DNA of 32,000 nucleotides from Alphaproteobacteria bacterium (GTDB lineage: Bacteria; Pseudomonadota; Alphaproteobacteria; SHVV01), in contig VGEO01000007.1 of NCBI GenBank assembly GCA_016869275.1, forward strand, positions 16,347 through 48,346, given 5' to 3'. The number at the start of each line of letters is the position of its first letter. Positions within the stretch are counted from its first letter, which is position 1. Below are positions 8,805-16,865 of this stretch, in pieces. The notes beneath the pieces are model-generated. The model was not told the DNA's origin. It saw only the letters and a list, made by a program, of their open reading frames with translations, and made no database searches. Made by a program: the position numbers and the translations under genes.

Positions 8805-9932
8805 CTACTCCGCCGCCTTGGCGGACGCGGCCGGCGGCAACTCGAACTTGAACAGCCGGGCCGCGTTCTCGACGGTGATGGCATCGAGCGCGGCTTGACC
8901 GAGATGACCGAATACTCTTTCGACGACCGCGTGCGAGTGCGGGTAGGTCGAGCGGATATGCGGGAAGTCCGAACCCCATATCAGCGTCCGCGTATCGACC
9001 ACGTCAAGGACCTTGTCGATATAGAGCTCGTCGACCAAGCCGTGGTGGACGCGCGCCAGATACGCGCGCACCGGCTGCCGGGGCGGCGTCAGCTTGAATA
9101 TCGGCGCGATGTCGCGCTCGATCCGCTCGGCGATCATCAACCAGTAGGTGAGCCACGAGACCTCTTACTCGGCGAACATCAGCTTGAGCGCCGGGTGACG
9201 GTCCATGATACCGCCATAGATGAACTCGTTGAGGAACGGGCCGCCGGCATCGGCGAACAGGCCGAGGAAAACGCGCGGCATGTCGGCGAACTCGTGGCGG
9301 TGCAGCGTGAACGGGTCGCGCGCGTTGCCGGTGATGATGTGGAGCTGCACGGGCATCCCGATTTCGGCTGCGCACGCCCAGAAGCGGTCGTAGCGGGCGT
9401 CGCGGTAGGGCGCCCAGCCGGGGTGCGCGTCGTTGTTGATGATGACGCAGCGGATCGTCCCCTTCTTGGCGACGCGTTCGAGCTCGGCGACGGCGCGGTC
9501 GACGTCGGCCATGTAGATAAGCGCGGTGCCGCCTAAGCGTTTAGGCGCGTGGCTGCAGAACTCGGCGATCCAATCGTTGTAGACGGCGCAGCAATCGCGG
9601 ACGAGGTTTGCTTCCGCCGCGCGCAGCGTGAACAACAGCCAGGTCGGGCTGATGACTTCGGCGTAGACGCCGTCCTCATCGAGGCAGGAGAGCCGCACCG
9701 CGGGGTCGCGGCTCGCCATCGCCATGCGGTCGGTGGTGCGCTCGGCGACGACTTCGCCCATCCGGATATGCTCGCGGCCGGTGAAGAAAAAGCGGCCCTG
9801 TTCGGCGCCGTTCGAGGCGACGATGCGCGGCACCGCTTCGCCCCACCGCGCCGCCAGCGCTGTCTGCCACATGTCGAGCGGCTCCATGACGTGCGAGTCG
9901 CCCGAGATCAACCAGCGCCGTGCCGTGCTCAT
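8805..9932 (-). pseudogene. amidohydrolase family protein, paralog B, interrupted by an in-frame TAA (9165-9167)
   Basis: ORFs 9165..10082 (from MSTARRWLISGDSHVMEP, ATG 9932) and 8805..9140 are in the same frame. The read-through sequence LKLMFAE*EVSWLTYW aligns with LKLVCAEYEINWIPNF and LKLVCSEFEVNWVPAF in the paralogs. The C-terminal fragment carries WGSDFPH. Confidence 0.75.
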
Positions 9933-9940
9933 GCCAGCCC

Positions 9941-11056
9941 TTACGCGATGCCGTAGACGCCGGCAGCCGTACTGCCGACGATCTTCTCCTGGTCGGCGCG
10001 CGGCAGATCGGCGAAGGCTTTGGCGAGGCGCGCCTGGGCGTCGATCCCGATCGCGCGCGGATGCGGAAAATCCGATCCCCACATGATCTGGCTCGCGCCG
10101 ACGCGCCGGATCGCTTCAGCCCCGAACGGATCGTCGACCAGCCCGTGCCAAATGCGGGTCTGCATGTATTCGCCGGGCTTGAGCTTGGTCGGCGGCAACC
10201 CGACGAACTTACCGAACGCGCCCTGCAACTGCTCGAGCCGCCAAACGAAGTTGGGAATCCAGTTGATCTCGTACTCGGCGCACACGAGCTTCAACCCGGG
10301 AAAGCGGTCGAGAATGCCACCGAAGATGAAATCGTTGGCGAGAATCGCCTGAACTTCATTGAAGATTTCGCACCAATACCCGGGGGCCTTGGCGATCTCC
10401 TCGGGCGTATGTAGGTGGATCGCGTCGGGCACGCGCCCGGTCACGATATGGAGCGTGACCGGCAGATCGAGCGCCTGCGCCGCCGCCCACAGGCGATCGT
10501 ACCCGCGGTCGCGGTAGGGCGGGCAGCCTTCGGGCGGCGCAGCGTTGATGATGACGCCGCGCAAGCCTTTGTTGCGAACCCGTTCGAACTCGGCGGCAGC
10601 GAAGTCGACGTCGTCGGTCGGCACCTCGGCGTTAGCGACCAGCCGGTTACGGTCGTGCGAGGCGTACTCGGCGAACCAATCGTTGAACACCTGGGCTGCA
10701 GCCCGGACCATCGGTCGGTTGGCCGGATCGTTGGCGGCGAACATCACGTGCGACATGAAAGTCGCATTGATGACCTCGGCGGTGATGCCGGCGGCCTGCT
10801 GGAACGCGACCCGCGCCTCGGGCACATGCCCGACGCGGGCGTCGACCCCATCGGACTCCTCCATCGCGCCGATGATGTTGTGGGCATTCACCACCATCGT
10901 GCCGTCGAAGAAGAATGGGCCGCGGCGGCCGCGATAGGAATCGAGCACCCGCGGCGTGCGCTCGCCGAAGCGCGTCCCCAGCACGGTCGACCACATGTCG
11001 GGCGGCTCGACCACGTGCGAGTCGGCCGAGACCAGGCACGAATAGGCGCGCGCCAT
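9941..11056 (-). CDS. amidohydrolase family protein (Amidohydro_2 / ACMSD-like), paralog A
   Basis: 371 aa. MARAYSCLVSADSHVVEPPDMW..., C-terminal WGSDFPH. GGGAG Shine-Dalgarno upstream of the ATG at 11056. Confidence 0.85.
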   Translation of the reverse strand: MARAYSCLVSADSHVVEPPDMWSTVLGTRFGERTPRVLDSYRGRRGPFFFDGTMVVNAHNIIGAMEESDGVDARVGHVPEARVAFQQAAGITAEVINATFMSHVMFAANDPANRPMVRAAAQVFNDWFAEYASHDRNRLVANAEVPTDDVDFAAAEFERVRNKGLRGVIINAAPPEGCPPYRDRGYDRLWAAAQALDLPVTLHIVTGRVPDAIHLHTPEEIAKAPGYWCEIFNEVQAILANDFIFGGILDRFPGLKLVCAEYEINWIPNFVWRLEQLQGAFGKFVGLPPTKLKPGEYMQTRIWHGLVDDPFGAEAIRRVGASQIMWGSDFPHPRAIGIDAQARLAKAFADLPRADQEKIVGSTAAGVYGIA

Positions 11057-11067
11057 GCGTGGCTCCC

Positions 11068-11106
11068 GAAAAAAGCGGGCCTGCCGACAGCGTCGAACAG
11101 GCCCGC
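11068..11106 (-). terminator. Rho-independent terminator inside the operon (between the binding-protein gene and amidohydrolase A)
   Basis: The minus strand reads GCGGGCCTG-tt-CGAC-gct-GTCG-g-CAGGCCCGC followed by TTTTTT. That is a 9-bp perfect outer stem (11075-11083 / 11098-11106) plus a 4-bp inner stem, with the T-run at 11069-11074. Confidence 0.6.
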
Positions 11107-11129
11107 GCTTGGTCGTTCTGGCCGGTCCG

Positions 11130-12170
11130 TTACTTCTTCAGGATCGGCGAGATGTCTTTAGCCCAGCGCTCGAGCCAGGCACCCTTGTTGTCGTTGATGA
11201 TGACGTCATCGACGGCATAGAGGGCCTGCAGCGTCGCATTCGAGATCAGGACCGACTTGTCCTCCGGGACCTTGCTGTTGACGCAGTTGACCTTGAGGGT
11301 GATGCAGGTCGGGCCGATCGCCGGCGCGCTGATGGCGAAGTTCAAGAACTCCTTGGCCGCCTTGGCGTTGGGCGCGCCCTTGACCAGCGAGATCACGTCG
11401 ATCATGCCGGGCGCCCCTTCCTTCGGAACCACGAACTTGGCCGGCACGCCTTCGCCGATCGGGATCGACGCGGTGATCGAGATAATCGGCACCACCGGCG
11501 CTTCGCCCTGGGTGAACTGCTTCACCACCGCGACCGAGCCGTCGAACTCGAGGATCGCGTTGTCCTTCATCGCCTGGATGCGGCCGAAGCCGGCGTCCAT
11601 GTTGGGCTCTTTGCCGCCGGCGATGCGGTTGACGGCGACCAGGAACATCGACTCGCCGTACTTGGGCGAGGGCAGCGCGACGCTGTTCTTGAGCCGCGGG
11701 TCCCACAGGTCGGCCCACGAGGTGATGTCGAACTTGACCTTGTCAGTGCGATAGAGAATGCCCCAGCCGTACGCCCACAGGCCGCCGCCGACGATCTTGT
11801 CGCCGATCATGAGCTTGCCCATGGCGGTCAGGTCATTGAGCATCGGGATTTCTTTGGGATCGAGCGCCTCGGTCAGGTCGCGCCGGAATGCGTCCAACGC
11901 ATCCGCCCGAGCCATCATGAGGACGTCGATCTGCGGCTTGTCCTTCTGGGCCGCGACCTGCTGCTTGTTCGAGAGCGAGCCGCCGAAGATCATCTTGACC
12001 TTGTGGCCGCTCTGCTTTTCGAACGGTTCGATCATGTTCTTCTGGAAGGTTTCGCCGAACTTGCCGCCCCATGTCGCCATGGTGATCTCGGCGGCCGTGG
12101 CCGTGTGAGCGAAACCGAAAACGGACGCCGACAGCAACGCCGTCAGCAAGCCGCGATGGGCCTTACGCAT
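11130..12170 (-). CDS. ABC transporter periplasmic substrate-binding protein (PotD/PotF-like, family 1)
   Basis: 346 aa. Signal peptide MRKAHRGLLTALLSASVFGFAHTATA|AE. Length and composition fit polyamine-type binding proteins, and it lies next to PotABC-like genes. Confidence 0.8.
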   Translation of the reverse strand: MRKAHRGLLTALLSASVFGFAHTATAAEITMATWGGKFGETFQKNMIEPFEKQSGHKVKMIFGGSLSNKQQVAAQKDKPQIDVLMMARADALDAFRRDLTEALDPKEIPMLNDLTAMGKLMIGDKIVGGGLWAYGWGILYRTDKVKFDITSWADLWDPRLKNSVALPSPKYGESMFLVAVNRIAGGKEPNMDAGFGRIQAMKDNAILEFDGSVAVVKQFTQGEAPVVPIISITASIPIGEGVPAKFVVPKEGAPGMIDVISLVKGAPNAKAAKEFLNFAISAPAIGPTCITLKVNCVNSKVPEDKSVLISNATLQALYAVDDVIINDNKGAWLERWAKDISPILKK

Positions 12171-12279
12171 CGTTGTACCTCCCTGAAATTCGCCGCCGGT
12201 TCGACTGCGGCGCGTTTAGTCTATTCGATGAAAGCCTATAACAGGCAGCGTAAAAAAGCGACGCCCCGATAACCGGCGA

Positions 12280-13110
12280 TTATCCGCGCACGCCGACGAA
12301 ACGGTCGAGCCCGATCAGGCGCTCGACCAGCAGCATGACGCCGACCGCCAGGAACACCAGCACCGCCGATACCGCCGAGACGGTCGCGTCGACGTTCCAC
12401 TCGAGATAGTGGTAGATCGCGATCGGCAGCGTGTGGGTCTTGGTGCCGGTGAGGAAGATCGTGACCGTGAAGTCGTCGAACGACATCACGAACGCGAACA
12501 GCGCACCGGCAAAGAGCCCGGGTCGGATCAGCGGCAGCGTCACCAGCCAGAAGACCTGCGCCGGCTTGGCGCCGAGGCTCGCGGCGGCATCGTCGAGCGC
12601 CAAGTCGTAGCGGGCGAGCGCCACCGACACCGTCCGCACCACGTAAGGAAACGTGATGATGATGTGACCGATGACGATGTTCCAGAACGCGTCGCGCACG
12701 GCGACGATCTGGAAGAAATAGAGCAGCGCGATGCCGGTCACCACCTGGGGAATGATGATCGGCGAATAGAGCATCGACTGGATGAAGTTCGAGCCGCGCG
12801 AGGGGAAGCGGTTCAAGGCGAACGCACCGAGCGTGCCGGCGATCAGGGCGAACGGGGTCACGATCAGAGCGATCTTGAGACTGACCCAGAACGCCGGAAT
12901 GAACTCGCCGCGCGCCAGGATGTTGGCGTACCACTTGAAGCCGTAGCCGGTCGGCGGGATCGTGGTGTAGCGGTCGGCGCCGAACGAGAGCCAGATCACC
13001 AGGACGATCGGCCCCATCAGCAAAAGGAGCGCCGCGCCCTCGCCGATCCCGGCGACCGCAGCGCCGCCGCGATCCAGCAGCCGCCGCCAGGTGCGGCTGC
13101 GCTCAGACAC
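12280..13110 (-). CDS. ABC transporter permease (PotC-like)
   Basis: 276 aa, multi-pass hydrophobic. EAA-type loop DDAAASLGAKPAQVFWLVTLPLIRPG. Overlaps the upstream permease by 8 nt. Confidence 0.85.
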   Translation of the reverse strand: MSERSRTWRRLLDRGGAAVAGIGEGAALLLLMGPIVLVIWLSFGADRYTTIPPTGYGFKWYANILARGEFIPAFWVSLKIALIVTPFALIAGTLGAFALNRFPSRGSNFIQSMLYSPIIIPQVVTGIALLYFFQIVAVRDAFWNIVIGHIIITFPYVVRTVSVALARYDLALDDAAASLGAKPAQVFWLVTLPLIRPGLFAGALFAFVMSFDDFTVTIFLTGTKTHTLPIAIYHYLEWNVDATVSAVSAVLVFLAVGVMLLVERLIGLDRFVGVRG

Positions 13111-13990
13111 GGTAGCGTTTCCGCGTCAGCGCGGTCTGCGCGAACAAGAAGACGATGGTGATGACCAGCGTGATCACCGCGAGCGCGGCCCCGAACGGCG
13201 TGTTCTCGACGAACAGGATTTGATCGTAGATGTGATTGGCGATCATGCGCACCGCACCCTCGCCCAGGATCAGGGGCGTCGAGAACGCAGGAATGCAGAG
13301 GATGAACGACAGCGCTGCGGCGCCGACGATACCGGGCAGCGAGAGCGGGAGCGTCACCAGCACGAAGGTCTCGGTCTTGCTGGCGCCCAGGCTCTCGGCT
13401 GCCTCCTCGAAGTCGCGATCGAGGCGGCGGAGGGCACTGGTCAAGGTGAAGACGACGAATGGCAGGACGAAATAGACCAGGCCGATGCCGACCCCGAACT
13501 CGGTCCGCATCATGCGGATGACGTCGTTGCCCTCGAGGTAACCGATTCCGCGCAAGGTCTCGTTGACGAGCCCGGTGTTGCCGAGTGCTAGGCTCAGCGA
13601 GTAGAGCCGGACGATGACGTTGGTGAGAAACGGGATCGCGACCGCGATGATCAACGCGGCGCGGACCGTGGCCGACTGGGTACGGACGATCCGGTAGGCG
13701 ATCGGATAGCCGATCAGCAGCGCGATCACGGTCGCCACCAGCGACAGGCGGAACGTCGACAACAGGCTGCCGAGATAAAGCGAGTCGGTGAGCGCCTTGA
13801 CGTAATGGACGAGGCTCGCCTCGCCTAACTGATCGGGGCGGATGAACGTATAGAAGCTCGCTTGCAGCAAATAGACGAGCGCCGCCAGATAAAAGAAGAG
13901 GACCAAGAGCGCCGGCGCGAGCAGGAAGTGGCCGGTCGCGGCGCGCGCGCCCGGCCGGGCCAGCATGGCGCGATCGGCGGCGGACGTCAT
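13103..13990 (-). CDS. ABC transporter permease (PotB-like)
   Basis: 295 aa. EAA loop EEAAESLGASKTETFVLVTLPLSLPG. 4-nt overlap with the ATPase gene stop. Confidence 0.85.
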   Translation of the reverse strand: MTSAADRAMLARPGARAATGHFLLAPALLVLFFYLAALVYLLQASFYTFIRPDQLGEASLVHYVKALTDSLYLGSLLSTFRLSLVATVIALLIGYPIAYRIVRTQSATVRAALIIAVAIPFLTNVIVRLYSLSLALGNTGLVNETLRGIGYLEGNDVIRMMRTEFGVGIGLVYFVLPFVVFTLTSALRRLDRDFEEAAESLGASKTETFVLVTLPLSLPGIVGAAALSFILCIPAFSTPLILGEGAVRMIANHIYDQILFVENTPFGAALAVITLVITIVFLFAQTALTRKRYRV

Positions 13991-15114
13991 TGCCCGGAAC
14001 GATCCGCCGCAGCGGGGCTGCCGACCCCGACCGCATGTTCGGGGCGCCAGCGTACGGTGACGGCGTCGCCGGCCGCAAACGCCGGGTTGCCGCCGGCGCC
14101 GGGTACGCGAACCAAGAAGCGTTGGCCGGCGACATCGACGATGTACTCGAACGACGCACCCATGAACGCTCGCTGCAGCACGCGGCCGGCGAAGGCGTTG
14201 GTGCCATCGCCGCCGGGCCCGGTGAGCTCGATGGTCTCGGGCCGCACCTGGATCGTCACCGTTTCGCCGACCGCGGCGTCGATCCCGACCAGCGACAAAC
14301 TTTGGCCCGCTGCCGTGGTCGCCGACGCGCGTTGCCCGTCACGCGCGGCGATGCGGCACGACATCAGGTTGGAGCGGCCCAAGAAGTTGGCGACGAACTC
14401 GTTGCGCGGGCGATGGTAGACCTCGATCGGCGCTCCCATCTGCTCGATGCGGCCGCGCGACATCACGATCACGCGGTCCGACATCGCCATCGCTTCCTCC
14501 TGGTTGTGGGTGACGTTGATGGTGGTGACGCCGGCGCGTTCGACGATCTGGCGAAGCTCGAGCTGCATCTCGGCGCGAAGCAGCGCGTCCAAGTTGGACA
14601 TCGGCTCGTCCATCAGGAGGATCGAGGGCGCGATCGCGAGCGCGCGGGCGATCGCGACCCGCTGCTGCTGGCCGCCCGACAACTGGTTGGGAAAGCGGTC
14701 CTCGAGCCCGGTCAGTTGCACCAGCGCCAACGCCTCGCGAACCTGGCGCGCGGCCTCATCCTTGGCGGCCCGCCGCATGCGCAGGCCGAAGCCTACGTTT
14801 TGCGCCACCGTCATGTGCGGGAACAGCGCGTAGCTCTGGAACACGACGCCGATGTCGCGCTCGTAGGGCGGGACATCGTTGACGACGCGACCGCGCAGAG
14901 AGAGCACGCCGGCGTCCGGCGTGAGAAAGCCGGCGATAATGCGCAGCGTCGAGGTCTTGCCGCAGCCGCTCGGGCCGAGCAGGGTGACGAACTCGCCGCG
15001 CGCCACCTTGAACGACGCGGCGTCGACCGCGACCACCTCGCCGAAGCGCTTGGTCACGCGATCGAGTTCGAGAACGACGTCGGCCTCGGCCATGCCTCCC
15101 CCGTTTACCGCCAT
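13987..15114 (-). CDS. ABC transporter ATP-binding protein (PotA-like, with C-terminal TOBE-type domain)
   Basis: Walker A GPSGCGKTS, signature LSGGQQQRVAIARAL, Walker B LLMDEP. An alternative start at 15093 (MAEADVV) is possible. Confidence 0.85.
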   Translation of the reverse strand: MAVNGGGMAEADVVLELDRVTKRFGEVVAVDAASFKVARGEFVTLLGPSGCGKTSTLRIIAGFLTPDAGVLSLRGRVVNDVPPYERDIGVVFQSYALFPHMTVAQNVGFGLRMRRAAKDEAARQVREALALVQLTGLEDRFPNQLSGGQQQRVAIARALAIAPSILLMDEPMSNLDALLRAEMQLELRQIVERAGVTTINVTHNQEEAMAMSDRVIVMSRGRIEQMGAPIEVYHRPRNEFVANFLGRSNLMSCRIAARDGQRASATTAAGQSLSLVGIDAAVGETVTIQVRPETIELTGPGGDGTNAFAGRVLQRAFMGASFEYIVDVAGQRFLVRVPGAGGNPAFAAGDAVTVRWRPEHAVGVGSPAAADRSGQ

Positions 15115-15244
15115 TGCCGGCGGTTATTGTCGACCGACGCGGGCGGTCGTTGGCGCGGCCACACTTCTCGCGGTTGACCGCGCTCTGTCAAGGTCAAACG
15201 GGCGCCCCTTGCCGGCGCCGCCGGGCACCCGCTACGGTCCGCCG

Positions 15245-15703
15245 ATGATCGCGGAAAAGGACATTCCGGCCGCGCCGCTGGTCGGCGAAGCGGCCGATCT
15301 CGCCCGCGGCATCGCCCGGCTGCTCCACCACATGGGCTATGCGGCGCTCGGGGAATTCAACCTCGCCAACGGCCGGCGCGCCGATCTGTTCGCGGTCGGA
15401 CGTAAAGGCGAGATTGTCATCGTCGAGATCAAGGTTTCGGTCGCCGACTTCAAGGGCGACGACAAATGGCCCGAGTACCTAGCCCATTGCGATCGGTTTT
15501 ACTTCGGCGTACCGGCCGCGTTTCCGCGCGAGCTGGTGCCGGCCGAGGTCGGGTTGATGATCGGTGATCGCTACGGCGCCGCCGTGCTTCGCGATGCGCC
15601 GGAGCGCCCGATGGCGACGCGCCTGCGCCACCGCGAAACCCACCGCTTCGCGCTCTACGCCGCCGGGCGCTTGCGGCGTACCCTCGATCCCGATCTCAGC
15701 TAA
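15245..15703 (+). CDS. mmcB: MmcB-family DNA repair protein (PD-(D/E)XK nuclease fold)
   Basis: Start trimmed to MIAEKDIPAAP within ORF 14879..15703. RRADLFAV...GEIVIVEIKVSVADFKGDDKWPEY...CDRFYF matches the D...E-x-K nuclease core of the MmcB/DUF1052 family. Confidence 0.7.
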   Translation: MIAEKDIPAAPLVGEAADLARGIARLLHHMGYAALGEFNLANGRRADLFAVGRKGEIVIVEIKVSVADFKGDDKWPEYLAHCDRFYFGVPAAFPRELVPAEVGLMIGDRYGAAVLRDAPERPMATRLRHRETHRFALYAAGRLRRTLDPDLS

Positions 15704-15866
15704 TCGGTCCTGTGGAGTGCCATATCACTAAGTGGCGCGATAAATCGTGGGCGCGAAAACGTTTTGTGATGCACGCTTTCAGAGCACACTCCACCGCGTA
15801 ACCGGCCAAATAGCAGGCGACGGCGTAACATTTCCCGTTTCTGAATTCATTACGTGAGGTGGGCCG

Positions 15867-16865
15867 TCAACGATAGGGGTCGGCGGCGGCGAGAAAGCGC
15901 TTCACGTAATCGGCAACGCCGTCTTCGAGCGAGGCGAACGGGCGCCGGTAGCCGGCTGCCGCCAGCCGAGCCATGCGCGCCTCGGTTCGGTACTGGTAGC
16001 GGTCGCGGATCGCGAGCGGCGTATCGACGTACTCGATCCGGGGCTCACGCCCGAGCGCGCGGAAGACCGCGGCGGCGAGGTCGGCGAAGCTCCGCGCCCG
16101 GCCGGTGCCGAGGTTGAAGAGCCCGCTCACGTCGGGATGATCGAGGAGCCAGAGCACGACCTCGACGCTGTCGGCGACGGCGACGAAATCGCGAAGCTGC
16201 CCGCCGTCGGCATAGTCGGGCCGGTGCGATTTGAACAGCCGCGCCGGCTCGCCCGCGATCGCGCGCTCGAACACCTGGACGACGACGCTCCGCATCGCGC
16301 CCTTGTGGTACTCGTTGGGGCCGTAGACGTTGAAGAACTTGAGCCCGGCCCACTGCGGCGGGGTCGCGCCGCCGGCGGCGACGATCCGCGCGACGCGGCG
16401 GTCGAAGACATGCTTGCTCCAGCCGTAGAGGTTGAGCGGGCGCAACCGCGCCAGCCCGGCGACCGAGCCGTCATCGTCGAAACCTTGCGCGCCGTCGCCA
16501 TAGGTCGCGGCCGAGGACGCATAGATCAGGCGGACGCGGTGAGTCGTGCACCAGCGCCACAGCGCCAGGGTAAAGCGAAAATTCTGGTCGAGGATGCGGT
16601 CGCTGTCGCGCTCGACGGTCGAGGAGTTGGCGCCGAGATGCACGATCGCTTCGATCGCTGCGACGGCACCTTGCGCAGCGCGATCGTCGAGATAGCCGAT
16701 CAAGCGGTCCGGCGCGACCACATCGGCGATCTCGTGCTTGGCGAGGTTACGCCACTTCTCGTCGCTCCCGAGCAGGTCGCAGACTACGACTTCGCGCCCG
16801 TGCGCGGCGAGCGCGGCGACGACGTTCGAGCCGATGAAACCGGCGCCGCCGGTCACGACGATCAT
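15867..16865 (-). CDS. hldD: ADP-L-glycero-D-manno-heptose 6-epimerase
   Basis: [14 protein letters not shown]...YASSAATYG...NVYGPNEYHKG...GLFNLGTGRARSF is collinear with E. coli RfaD/HldD. ATGA overlap with the hldE stop. Confidence 0.9.
   Translation of the reverse strand: MIVVTGGAGFIGSNVVAALAAHGREVVVCDLLGSDEKWRNLAKHEIADVVAPDRLIGYLDDRAAQGAVAAIEAIVHLGANSSTVERDSDRILDQNFRFTLALWRWCTTHRVRLIYASSAATYGDGAQGFDDDGSVAGLARLRPLNLYGWSKHVFDRRVARIVAAGGATPPQWAGLKFFNVYGPNEYHKGAMRSVVVQVFERAIAGEPARLFKSHRPDYADGGQLRDFVAVADSVEVVLWLLDHPDVSGLFNLGTGRARSFADLAAAVFRALGREPRIEYVDTPLAIRDRYQYRTEARMARLAAAGYRRPFASLEDGVADYVKRFLAAADPYR

Noticed and set aside
5014-9167. Stop-codon reassignment as an explanation for the three in-frame stops (TGA, TAG, TAA).
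   Set aside because: All three codon types are involved. Each also terminates well-conserved genes at their expected ends within this window: TGA for gmhA, hldE and recF, TAG for the first ABC ATPase, the SYLF protein and the CobD-like protein, and TAA for gyrB and amidohydrolase A.
12171-12279. 110-nt spacer between the PotC-like permease and the binding-protein gene, with a T6 run (12252-12257 on the plus strand as A6), considered as a second internal terminator.
   Set aside because: Only a 4-bp stem can be drawn next to the T-run, and it is separated from the run by 4 nt. That is not convincing as an intrinsic terminator. The spacer may simply hold an internal promoter.
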